Positions 30,560 through 38,938 of a stretch of 64,000 nt of DNA are shown in pieces. The position numbers and the translations under genes are program-made. Origin of the DNA: an uncultured Candidatus Rokubacteria bacterium (GTDB taxonomy: Bacteria > Methylomirabilota > Methylomirabilia > Rokubacteriales > CSP1-6). The first letter of the stretch is position 1; each line of letters opens with the position of its first letter. The stretch is from positions 134,510 to 198,509 of the forward strand of contig CAVWWD010000011.1 in NCBI GenBank assembly GCA_963758635.1, given 5' to 3'. The notes under the pieces are model-generated. The model ran no database searches. It saw only the letters and a program-made list of their open reading frames with translations, and had not been told where the DNA came from.

Positions 30560-31025
30560 GCTCCGGGGGGACGTTGATGGCGCGGCCCCGTGGATGGAAC
30601 GCGCGCTGGCCGTCGCCGATGTCAACGACCTCACGTTCCAGCGACATCTCGCCGCGGTCGCGATGGGCTACCTGAGGAGTCTCCTGGGATATGCGCGCGA
30701 GTCGTGCGACAGCGTCGAGGAGAGCGTGACCGCGCTCAAAGCAAGGGGCAACGCCCTCCTGGGGTGGACTTCATGGTTCGGCCTGACGCTGGTACGTGCA
30801 GGGCGAAGGGGCCGCGCCATCGCTTTGGCGGAGGAGATGATGGTCCTGGCGCGACGGACGAACCTCAAGGTCGTCGAGGCGTTGGCCCTGCATCTGCTCG
30901 CCGAGGCCACGGAGGCGCCCGGCGAGGGCCGCGACGGCGCGCGGGCGACGCAGAGCTATCGCGAGTCGCTGGCGCGGGCCGATGAGCTATCCATGCGCCC
31001 GCTCGCGGCTCACTGTCACGCCGGG
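30560..31025 (+). pseudogene. C-terminal TPR fragment of an AAA/TPR (cyclase- or LuxR-associated) regulator
   Basis: ..ALHLLAEATEAPGEGRDGARATQSYRESLARADELSMRPLAAHCHAG follows the conserved end-pattern (..ELGMRPLxAHCHLGLG..) and then loses homology. There is no N-terminal part upstream. Confidence 0.55.
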
Positions 31026-31157
31026 CAGCCGTCGTTGGCCCGCGCGAGGGAGCCGGTGTGGGCGTTGCCCAGCATGGAGCCGAAGGCGAAGATCGTCTCG
31101 TACTCCGCCATTTTGGCCTCGAGGCCGGCGAGCTCCCCGTCGCGGATCTCGTACTGC
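31016..31157 (-). pseudogene. unidentified gene fragment abutting ACAD copy 2
   Basis: The minus strand reads ..KQYEIRDGELAGLEAKMAEYETIFAFGSMLGNAHTGSLARANDG..*. Composition is protein-like, and it is cut at its N-terminal side exactly at the repeat boundary (31158/31159). Confidence 0.3.
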
Positions 31158-31158
31158 T

Positions 31159-32030
31159 TGGCGGCAACTTCTCCGAGCCGACCACCTCCGGGCTGGTCGC
31201 CACGCCGGCGCCGCTCACGCGGGCGCGGCGGGCGGACGGCGGCTACCGCATCACTGGGCGCAAGGCGTTCGCCTCGATGATCGCCGCGGCCGACTACGTC
31301 ATGGTCATGGCGTACCCGGACGAGGCGACCTCGCCCACGGCGGCCATGCTGCTGCTGGTCCCGCCGGACGCCCCGGGACGCCGCGTCGACAACGTATGGG
31401 ACACGCTGGGCATGCGCGCGACGCGCAGCGACTCCATGGTCCTCGAGGACTGCTGGGTGCCCGAGGAGGCGCTGCTGTACCGGTCGGACGACATCGTCCC
31501 GTTCCGTCGCGACGGCGCCAACTGGTTCTGGGCCTCGTACACGCCGGTGTACCTGGGGATCGGCGTGGCCGCGTACCACGCGATCGTGGACAACGTGAAG
31601 GCGCGCACGCCGCCCGGCTTCGCCCAGCCCCTCGCCTACCACCCGGACGTGCGCCGCCACGTGGCGGAGATGAACGCGGACCTGGAAGCGGCGCGGCTCC
31701 TCACGCTCCACTCGGCCTGGCTCAGCGACACCGAGGGCCCGACGCCGGCCACGCTCGCCGCGCTCTATCGCGCCAAGTTCGCGGTCGGCGAGGCCGTGAC
31801 CCGCGTGACCCGCACCGCGATGACGCTCGGCGGCGCCCACGCGCTGTTCAAGACGTTGCCGCTCGAGCGCTACTTCCGGGACGGGGCGGTGGCGCCGGTA
31901 CAGTTCCCTCCCCGCGACTTCTGCCTGACCACGCTGGGCATGCTCGCGCTGGGCCTCGACCCCCGCGACGTGCTGCCCCGCTCCGGAGCGACCGCGCGGA
32001 CGCCGGCCCCACCGTGCGCTGACCGCCCCC
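31159..32030 (+). pseudogene. 5'-truncated second copy of the ACAD gene 3' region
   Basis: Starts at ggcggcaacttctcc (= 18435 in copy 1) and runs to ..gtgcgctgaccgcc. By eye there are about two dozen substitutions (e.g. R->N, N->H, S->A changes) and a 1-nt deletion at 31975-31980 that shifts the last 14 codons. Confidence 0.85.
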
Positions 32031-32087
32031 GGCGAAGGACGGACGCGTCGCCTCGGCCTCTTCGGGCCGACGCACACGGGCTGGCGT

Positions 32088-32205
32088 CATCGTGTGGCGG
32101 GCCGCTCCAGAGGCGTCGCCAGCAGCTCGAGGATCTCGTCCCGGTTCTGCGCCACGACCTTGGCCGCCGCGGCGGCGAGCAGCCTTGATCGTGCGCCAGA
32201 GTCGC
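32088..32205 (-). pseudogene. 3'-terminal ghost of a patatin-like gene paralogue
   Basis: The minus strand reads ..RLLAAAAAKVVAQNRDEILELLATPLERPATR*. Compare the C-terminus of the intact patatin-like gene: ..RELLAVSAAKVVQQNREYILELLATRLAPGR*. Confidence 0.5.
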
Positions 32206-32325
32206 GGGTGCGCAGGCGCTAGGCGGCGACGCTCAGGCGGAACTTGTCGGCGAACTCGGGTCGGGCGCCTGCCACCTGACGCAGGTGGAGTTGACCCGGT
32301 TCGGTGGACGGTCTCGGACTTGCGA

Positions 32326-34146
32326 TCACGCCACAACCCCGCGCTGGCGTCCGTAGTCGAATGGCACGCCCTCGAGAGCGGACGCCGATGGCGACTCTGG
32401 AGCAGGGCGCCCGGGCGCAAGCCCCACCTCGGTGAGTGCCAGCTGTGTATCGAGCACCGTCGTCGCGACGCGGTCGGCCCCGGCCGCGAGGAGGTGCCGG
32501 CGATCGGCATCCTGTTCGTCGTGGAGCCCCCACCGACCGACCACGATCTTGAGCTCCGGACACTGCGACCGCAGGCGCTTGCAGAGATGGCGCGCCTGGC
32601 TCAAGCCGCCTGGGGCTACCGCCCCGATGCAGAGGAGTGTGGGTCGGTTGAGCTCGACCCAGGCGACCACTTCGGCGGTCAGCAGCCCGGGCCCGCAGAC
32701 CTCGAGCAGGTACCGCGCAGGGTCGAGTAACTGTCGCACCATCTCGAGAGCCAAGGCATCCGCCTGATCCCGAGCGGGGCACCCTCCGATCCGAACCCGG
32801 GTGTCGGCGCCGGCGTCGTTCACGGGGAGACCCCCGGTGTCCGCCGCTGGGGCGGGAGCGTCGTGGGCGAGCGTGTCGAGGATCTCCCGGGTCGCCTGGC
32901 CCACGAACCGAGCGTCATCCTCGCTCAACAGACCGCGATCACGGTCCTGCTTGGCGTAGAAGAGCGCGGGGAGAAGTACCGCGTCGTGGACCGATTCCCG
33001 TCCGTCCGTGTTCACGTACGCCTCGACGATATCGGCCGCCTCATCCTGGTCTCGCGCGAGCAGCCGCTGATAGTAGCGCGCCTTGGCCTCGATGACGGGC
33101 CGGTCGCCCATCAGCACGACGATGAACCCCAGCGCGGGCAGGTGCTTGCCCAGGACGATGAGGCAGACGGTCAGGGGCGTCGCCAGCAGCAACCCCACCG
33201 GCCCCCAGAACCAGGACCAGAAGATCACCGCAATCAGGAGAGCGACCTGCGACACCCCGGCGCTCTGACCGTACAGCCACGGCTCCATCACCATGCTGGT
33301 GGCGAGCTCCAGCAGGAGGAACAGGCCGACGACCAGCGCGGGCTGGAGCCACCCCGGGAAGACCGCGAGACTGACGGCAAGAGGCAGCAGCGCCGCGACG
33401 AATGCCCCTATGTACGGGATGAACCGCAGAGCCGCGGCCAGGGCCCCCCAGACGACGGCGTAGGGGACCCCGATCAGGAACAGGCCGAGCCCCAGGACCA
33501 CGCCGAAACTGCCGTTGATGACGGATTGCATGAGCAGGTACCGGGCGATGCGCGCCCCCGCTTCGTCGAGCGCCCTCGTCGTCGCCGTCATCCGCCGATA
33601 GCCGATGAGCAGGATCAGCCGATCGCGGAGCTCCAAGCGCTCGAGCAGCATGAAGATCACGAGGACCGTGACGACTCCCGCGCTCGCCAGCGCCTGGAGG
33701 AGGCTTGGCAGGTGAGCGAGGATGGACGGGGGCTCCAGGACGACGGCGACCGGCCTTTGACGCGTCACGCCCAGCGTGTCCGCCTTCTGAATCTCGCCGA
33801 CGACGTCCTGCACGGCCTTCTGAACCTTCTCCACGGAGCCGCCCTTGCCGGCCCCGCGAAAGCCCGCAATCCGGTGATGGATGTTCACGCTGTACCGCGG
33901 CAGCTCGTCGGCGAGCGTCACGAGCTGGCGAGTGAGCGTCCAGCCGACCCCGCCCAGGATCGAGAGCGCGAGGAGGACGATCAGGAGGACCGAGGGCACC
34001 CGGCCTAATCCCCGCCGCTGGAGGGTGCTCACGACGGGGCTCAACAGGAACGTGAGCAGAACGGCCAGCGCCAGCGGGATCAACACGGCCTGCAGCCAAT
34101 ACAGGCCGGCCAGGACCAGCGCGACGATGACCCACCCCGAGGTCAT
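32326..34146 (-). CDS. AI-2E (PerM) family transporter fused to a C-terminal B12-binding-like (Rossmann) domain
   Basis: ATG 34146 in ORF 32326..34197. Multi-TM AI-2E body, then ~230 cytoplasmic aa ending ..RVRIGGCPARDQADALALEMV..LLCIGAVAPGGLSQARHLCKRLRSQCPELKIVVGRWG... Confidence 0.8.
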   Translation of the reverse strand: MTSGWVIVALVLAGLYWLQAVLIPLALAVLLTFLLSPVVSTLQRRGLGRVPSVLLIVLLALSILGGVGWTLTRQLVTLADELPRYSVNIHHRIAGFRGAGKGGSVEKVQKAVQDVVGEIQKADTLGVTRQRPVAVVLEPPSILAHLPSLLQALASAGVVTVLVIFMLLERLELRDRLILLIGYRRMTATTRALDEAGARIARYLLMQSVINGSFGVVLGLGLFLIGVPYAVVWGALAAALRFIPYIGAFVAALLPLAVSLAVFPGWLQPALVVGLFLLLELATSMVMEPWLYGQSAGVSQVALLIAVIFWSWFWGPVGLLLATPLTVCLIVLGKHLPALGFIVVLMGDRPVIEAKARYYQRLLARDQDEAADIVEAYVNTDGRESVHDAVLLPALFYAKQDRDRGLLSEDDARFVGQATREILDTLAHDAPAPAADTGGLPVNDAGADTRVRIGGCPARDQADALALEMVRQLLDPARYLLEVCGPGLLTAEVVAWVELNRPTLLCIGAVAPGGLSQARHLCKRLRSQCPELKIVVGRWGLHDEQDADRRHLLAAGADRVATTVLDTQLALTEVGLAPGRPAPESPSASALEGVPFDYGRQRGVVA

Positions 34147-34311
34147 GCCCGTTCCCTCGCCGAGGACGCGCGGAGTGCCGCGGAGCACGCCCGGCAAGCG
34201 ACGCGGATGATCCCTGGCGCCGGCGAGCCCGCGCCTATCAAGGGCGACGAACCCGCGCCGTTGATCGAGGCGATCGCGGCGCGGGTTCGCAGGTGCGGGG
34301 CCAGCAGGCCG

Positions 34312-34392
34312 CTACCTGCGCCAACGCGAGTATCCCCAGCCCCCACCGCCGAGTACGAACACCACCAGCAGAATGATCAACAGGGTATCCAT
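34312..34392 (-). CDS. 26-aa hydrophobic peptide (below the ORF-track cutoff)
   Basis: GGGAGGTGAGGGACGG-ATG. MDTLLIILLVVFVLGGGGWGYSRWRR*. One TM helix + basic tail. Lies upstream of, and co-oriented with, the AI-2E gene. Confidence 0.4.
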   Translation of the reverse strand: MDTLLIILLVVFVLGGGGWGYSRWRR

Positions 34393-34506
34393 CCGTCCCT
34401 CACCTCCCACTTCGTTCCTGCCAGGCGGGTTGGACTCATGTCTCCTGCCCGAATCCTTCTCGTCTGGCTCTCTCCTTTCACTCTAGGGCCGGGCCGGAAC
34501 GGTGCC

Positions 34507-34573
34507 TACTGGACATACGTCCAATGCGGGCGCTCGACCGCTGCGGGGCGTCGCGCTGGACCAAGGTCCAGTA
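34507..34573. promoter_or_regulatory. pair of related 8-4-8 palindromes (candidate operator sites)
   Basis: Site 1 is TACTGGACatacGTCCAaTG (34507-34526). Site 2 is cgcTGGACcaagGTCCAGTA (34554-34573). Shared consensus TACTGGAC-N4-GTCCAGTA. In an AT-richer spacer 115-180 nt upstream of the small ORF / AI-2E operon. Confidence 0.3.
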
Positions 34574-34616
34574 GTTGGGCGCTGTGACCTCTCGCTAGAC
34601 TTCCCGTAGACCTCCC

Positions 34617-34809
34617 GGCGGCAACTTCTCCGAGCCGACCACCTCCGGCCTGGTCGCCACGCCGGCGCCGCTCACGCGGGCGCGGCGGGCGGACGGCGGC
34701 TACCGCATCACCGGCAAGAAGGCGTTCGCCTCGATGATCGCCGCGGCCGCGTGCTGCCACCGCTCCGGAGCGACCGCGCGGACGCCGGCCCCACCGTGCG
34801 CTGACCGCC
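34617..34809 (+). pseudogene. third, internally deleted mini-copy of the ACAD 3' region
   Basis: Same left end (ggcggcaacttctcc..) for ~130 nt up to ..atgatcgccgcggcc, then jumps to the last ~60 nt (gtgctgccaccgctccggagcgacc..gtgcgctgaccgcc). Retains both ends of the 870-nt repeat. Confidence 0.8.
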
Positions 34810-34854
34810 GCGGCGCGCCGGGCCCGGGCGGCGCTGGACCGCCCGCGACGGCCG

Positions 34855-36441
34855 TCAGACGCGAACCACGTTGGCCGCGCGCGGGCCGGCGGCGGTCATC
34901 TGGTAGGCGTACGCCTCCTTCAGCTTGACGTTGCCGCTGTCCGTGTAGACGAGCAGCCGGGTCCCGTCCGTGCGCATCTTGACCATCCCGAAGGCGACCC
35001 GGCTGAACGCGAAGAAGCGCTTGTCCTTCTTGCCGAGGGCGACGAGGTCGATCACCTTCGAGCCCTTCTTGAGCTTCACCCCCTTGCGCATGTCGTGGAA
35101 GTCCGTGTCCACGTACCCGCGCACGGAGAAGAAGGCCACGAGCTCGGTGACCAGGATGATCGGCTTGTCGATGCGGGAGCTCTTGCCGAGGGCCCCCACC
35201 AGGGACGCTCGCGGGTGGATGAACTCCTTCTGCGCGCTCTCGTCGCCCGACGACACCACCGACACGAGCGGCGACACCGCGTCCACGAACGCCGTGGAGA
35301 AGTCGGCGGAGCCGTGATGCGGCACCTTCAGGACCTCCGCCTGGAGCTGTGCGCGGTGGCGCTCTACCAGGTCCAGCTCCGCCTCCGCGTTCAGGTCGCC
35401 GGCGAACAGGAAGCGGACGTCGCCGTAGGTGAGCCGCAGGATGACGGAGTGCCCGTTGATGGTGTGGGACGCGGAGTGCCCTTTGAACACCTCCGGGCGC
35501 GGCTGGGCGGGATTGAAGTCGATCTGGACGTCGTCGGGCGGGTTGCCCAGGAAGCGGAGCCCCGGCTTGCCGTTCACCGGCGTGACGATCGGCCCCAGCA
35601 CCTCCACCTTCATCCGGTCGGCGAGGGGCTCGCCCTCGAGGAGGAAGTCGAAGGCGTCGTCGTCGCCCTGGGCGAGCCGCCGGAAGCGGATCGGCGCGTG
35701 CGACGCCGCGTTGCGCTTCTCGTACGCGTCCAGCGCGGCCCGCCAGCGCTTGAACGGCTCGTTCATCTGCTCGCGGGGATGGTCGAGAAGGTTCTCGACG
35801 AGCCCGGTGATCACGGTCCGGCCGTTCACCTTCGCCGTCGGCCCCAGCAGCTTCACGTCCGGGACGTTCTTGCCGTCCGCGTCCTTCGACGGGCGCTTCA
35901 CGAGGCCGTTGTGGTACACGCGCGCCGGCCGGATGAAGAGCCGCTTGAACGGCTCGTCGTTCTTCTCGGACCGATGGATCTCCGTCAGGCCCAGGAAGTG
36001 GTCCGCGTCGCCGTGGGTGATCAGGATGCAGTCCACCTCGAGCGGACGATCCACGCTCGTGTTCCGGTAGCGCCCGGCCAGGTACCGGGCGAAGAGCTGG
36101 TTGTCGCCGCCGTCGATCAGCATCACCTTGCCCGCGGGGGTCTCGAGCACCGCTCCGTCCCCCTGCTGGACGTCCACGAAGTTGACCTTGAGCACCCGGT
36201 TGTCGGCCCTGGGCAGGACGACCGAGCCGCCCGGCGGCTGCTTGATCTTCCCGGTGATGGGCACCGGCTTCACCGAGCCGTCGGGCTGCGCCACCATCTT
36301 CGTGGCCTTCACGCGGACCGGGTTCGCCGCCGGGTCGCCGACGACCTCGACGAAGTCGCCCCACGCGAGGTAGCGGATGAACTCTCCGTCCTCGTCGGAC
36401 ACCTTGGCGAGATCGACGTTGATCACGTGGGTGGCGGGCAT
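34855..36441 (-). CDS. MBL-fold metallo-hydrolase (ComEC/Rec2-type beta-lactamase domain, soluble)
   Basis: 528 aa. AAGGGAG RBS. VDVQQGDGAVLETPAGKVMLIDGG, ILITHGDADH, LKVPHHGS. Extra N- and C-terminal domains. No TM segments or signal peptide. Confidence 0.8.
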   Translation of the reverse strand: MPATHVINVDLAKVSDEDGEFIRYLAWGDFVEVVGDPAANPVRVKATKMVAQPDGSVKPVPITGKIKQPPGGSVVLPRADNRVLKVNFVDVQQGDGAVLETPAGKVMLIDGGDNQLFARYLAGRYRNTSVDRPLEVDCILITHGDADHFLGLTEIHRSEKNDEPFKRLFIRPARVYHNGLVKRPSKDADGKNVPDVKLLGPTAKVNGRTVITGLVENLLDHPREQMNEPFKRWRAALDAYEKRNAASHAPIRFRRLAQGDDDAFDFLLEGEPLADRMKVEVLGPIVTPVNGKPGLRFLGNPPDDVQIDFNPAQPRPEVFKGHSASHTINGHSVILRLTYGDVRFLFAGDLNAEAELDLVERHRAQLQAEVLKVPHHGSADFSTAFVDAVSPLVSVVSSGDESAQKEFIHPRASLVGALGKSSRIDKPIILVTELVAFFSVRGYVDTDFHDMRKGVKLKKGSKVIDLVALGKKDKRFFAFSRVAFGMVKMRTDGTRLLVYTDSGNVKLKEAYAYQMTAAGPRAANVVRV

Positions 36442-36526
36442 GACGGTCTCCCTTCGTCGGCGCGCTCGGTCGCGCCCGGCACGACGACCGGCCTCGCGGA
36501 GTCGCGCGCCCCGGCGCCGGACGGCG

Positions 36527-37954
36527 CTACCGGCCCGGCGCCAGCCGAGTCGCCAGGAGCTCCAGGATGTACTCCCGGTTCTGCTGCACCACCTTGGCCG
36601 CGGAGACGGCGAGCAGCTCCCGATCGCAGGCCGAGGCCACGTAGAACCGGGTGGGGATCTCGGCGAGGCGCTCCACCACGTCCGCCGCCGACTCGAGGCG
36701 CGGCTCCTCCCGGCGGCACGCCTCGGGCAGGTCGCTCAGGTCGTCCCGCCATTTGGCGTCGGTATGCCGGAGGACGACGATGCGCATCGTGTCGTTGTCG
36801 GGGAAGACGCCCTCGAGCTGGAGGCTCCGCCAGAAGAACGCGGCGTAGGTGCCGGCGCGCTCCTCCATGATGCTGGGGATGCGCGAGAAGTCATACGTCA
36901 GGAGCGAGAACGGCTGGGCCCGTAGGCTGAGGCGTCGCTCGCCCACGTCGAAGGGAAACGAGCTGTCGAAGGTGATGATGAGGCCCCGGCGGGCCTTCTT
37001 GTCCTGGAGCTTCTTGAGGAACACGAAGAGGAGCGTCTCGATGCCGGCGTTCTCGTAGAGCCCGCCGTCCCCGAAGTGCCAGTAGCGCTTCTCGCCCTCC
37101 ACGCGGATGGTGAACGGGCCCACGAGCGGCGGGAAGGAGGCCGAGCCGGCCACGGCGCCGGCCACCCGGAACTCGCACGGGTCGATGTGCAGGTCGTGGG
37201 GGGTCAGCGCCAGCACCCGCTGCCAGCGCCGCTCGAGCCACGGGGAGATGTCGGCGGGGAGGCCGCGCTGAGCCAGCGACCGCCGCAGGTCCACGAAGAA
37301 GTCGTAGCGCGAGTCCTCGGACGGGACCGTGGTGATGACGAACCGCCGGCCGTTGTTGAACAGGGTCGTGTTGAACATCATGTGGGGGCTGTCGCCGCGC
37401 ACCTCCCGGGCGAGGAGATCGGCGAACTTGCCCGTGCCGAGCAGGCGTTCCTCGAGGATCTCCCGGAGGGAGCGGGCGGCGAGGGCGGAGTCGAGCCAGC
37501 GGAACGTGCCGAGCTGGCGCCAGAGCAGCGCGCCCTCGAAGTCCTGGCTCACCAGCTCCCGGAAGCGGCCGAAGAACGCCCGGTACTCCTCGGTGAGGGT
37601 CCCGGCCGGGGTGAGCATGGGCGTCTCGCGCGGCGGCTTGTGCTTGGCGAAGTACGCCGCCGGCAGCCCGCCGCCGGACACGCTGGAGACGTACATGACG
37701 CGCTCCAGCACGGACCCCCCGCCCGGCGCGGGGAGGTTCGCGAGCGCCTCGAGTCCGGCCTGGCCGAAGAGCGCCGCCCGGCTCCCCCCGCCCGAGAGGG
37801 CCAGCCCCACCAGGAGGTCCGCGTCGGGGGCGGCGGCGGTGCAACTCGTGTCGGACGCGGCCCGGGGCAGCGTGATCGACAGCGGCGCGGCGCAGCCGAC
37901 GAGGAGTATGACGAGGACGGAGAGAACCGAGAACCGGCAGGGCGACAGGCTCAT
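36527..37954 (-). CDS. patatin-like phospholipase, lipoprotein
   Basis: 475 aa. GGGAGGAG RBS. Lipobox ILLVGC. Oxyanion LSGGGSRAA, nucleophile region VSSVSGGG, catalytic-Asp motif FGDGGLYEN. Confidence 0.85.
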   Translation of the reverse strand: MSLSPCRFSVLSVLVILLVGCAAPLSITLPRAASDTSCTAAAPDADLLVGLALSGGGSRAALFGQAGLEALANLPAPGGGSVLERVMYVSSVSGGGLPAAYFAKHKPPRETPMLTPAGTLTEEYRAFFGRFRELVSQDFEGALLWRQLGTFRWLDSALAARSLREILEERLLGTGKFADLLAREVRGDSPHMMFNTTLFNNGRRFVITTVPSEDSRYDFFVDLRRSLAQRGLPADISPWLERRWQRVLALTPHDLHIDPCEFRVAGAVAGSASFPPLVGPFTIRVEGEKRYWHFGDGGLYENAGIETLLFVFLKKLQDKKARRGLIITFDSSFPFDVGERRLSLRAQPFSLLTYDFSRIPSIMEERAGTYAAFFWRSLQLEGVFPDNDTMRIVVLRHTDAKWRDDLSDLPEACRREEPRLESAADVVERLAEIPTRFYVASACDRELLAVSAAKVVQQNREYILELLATRLAPGR

Positions 37955-38531
37955 GACGCTCCTCCCGCGTGGCGTGAGAGCTTCCGAGGCGATCGCTTCG
38001 CGTCCGCCTATCCTACCCGAAGCCCTCGCGCCCCGGGGCCGCGGCTGCCGTCGCTCCGGCGATGCGGCGCTAGCGCGCGCGGACGGCCTGGATGAGCGCG
38101 CGGGCGTTGCTCCGGCTTCGGGAGATCCACTTCCCCTCCTTACATGCCGACGCTATGAAAGCCGCGTGAGTCATGAGCAACTTCATCGAACAAAGCACAG
38201 AACCAACGAATCTAGACTCTACGCTCTGGCGCCGTACGGCTGCTGGTTCTCTTCCCAGATGCCCAGCCACGGAAAGTCCGCTTGCTTCCACGTGTAGCCG
38301 AACGCGACGATTGGCGCATTGTCGCGGCATCTTCGCGCCGTTCCATCGCAAAGCCGAACACGTACCCCCTGTTCGTCGACAGCCGGTATCATCCCATCAT
38401 CATCGTTCGACGCGATTAAAGCCGAATTACTTCGGCCCTGTTGTCCGAATGGCCTGAGGGGAGTACATTCGTGCCGGCCCCGCACAGTCGTGGGATGCGA
38501 CCCGAGAGCGGGGAAAGAGTAGGAGGCTGCT

Positions 38532-38900
38532 ATGGGGTTTCTCGACAAGATGAAGGGCCTCGCTGGCGGCACCAGCCTCGAAGCCACCATCGATCAGCAT
38601 GCTCCGGAGATCAGTGAAAAGGTTGTCACGGCGCTCGGACCCCTGATTGAGAAGAGCGGCGCGGTGCTCCACGATGACGTGCAGTATCGGAATCTGGTAG
38701 CGACACCTCTGTTCTTGATGCTGCCGCCGCTCGTCCAGTTGCTGGGTCGTGAGCGCATCAAGTGGGACCCCATCATGCTCGACGTGCGCAACGAGGTGAT
38801 TGTGGCCGATGGCGGTCGACTGAGCATCCGTCCCGGCGCTCCCGAGATCGTGCTCGCGATCGTGCGGAGACACTTCGCGGCGCCGGCGAGCACGGTATAG
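38532..38900 (+). CDS. hypothetical protein
   Basis: 122 aa. AGGAGG 6 nt upstream of the ATG. Balanced composition and lower GC than the backbone. Immediately upstream of the TIR gene. Confidence 0.55.
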   Translation: MGFLDKMKGLAGGTSLEATIDQHAPEISEKVVTALGPLIEKSGAVLHDDVQYRNLVATPLFLMLPPLVQLLGRERIKWDPIMLDVRNEVIVADGGRLSIRPGAPEIVLAIVRRHFAAPASTV

Positions 38901-38938
38901 CCCGGGGCGACCGATTCGGGCAGCTTCGCTGACCGCCG

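Noticed and set aside
30151-30647. Minus-strand ORFs 30151..30456 and 30279..30647 between the kinase and the TPR stub.
   Set aside because: No motifs or start context. The short plausible patches (..FADASAKRHAFRIAHWLN..) may be further eroded regulator debris, but they cannot be supported.
31159-32030. ACAD repeats as a pure assembly artefact (the same sequence placed three times).
   Set aside because: The copies differ by numerous substitutions and an indel, and copy 3 has a clean internal deletion. That is not what collapsed or expanded identical repeats look like. A chimeric join of different strains still cannot be excluded without reads.
19300-34850. Searched the island boundaries for an integrase/recombinase, transposase, tRNA or short att-like direct repeats.
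   Set aside because: No tyrosine- or serine-recombinase motifs appear in any frame. The only transposase trace in the window is the IS91 remnant at 40.7-41.1 kb, outside these islands.
38070-38590. Minus-strand ORFs 38219..38590 and 38070..38351 as genes (one contains ..YTWKQADFPWLGIWEEN.., vaguely mutarotase-like).
   Set aside because: Only short stretches look protein-like. There is no start or RBS context, and they are broken by stops. They are probably eroded remnants, with too little evidence to annotate.
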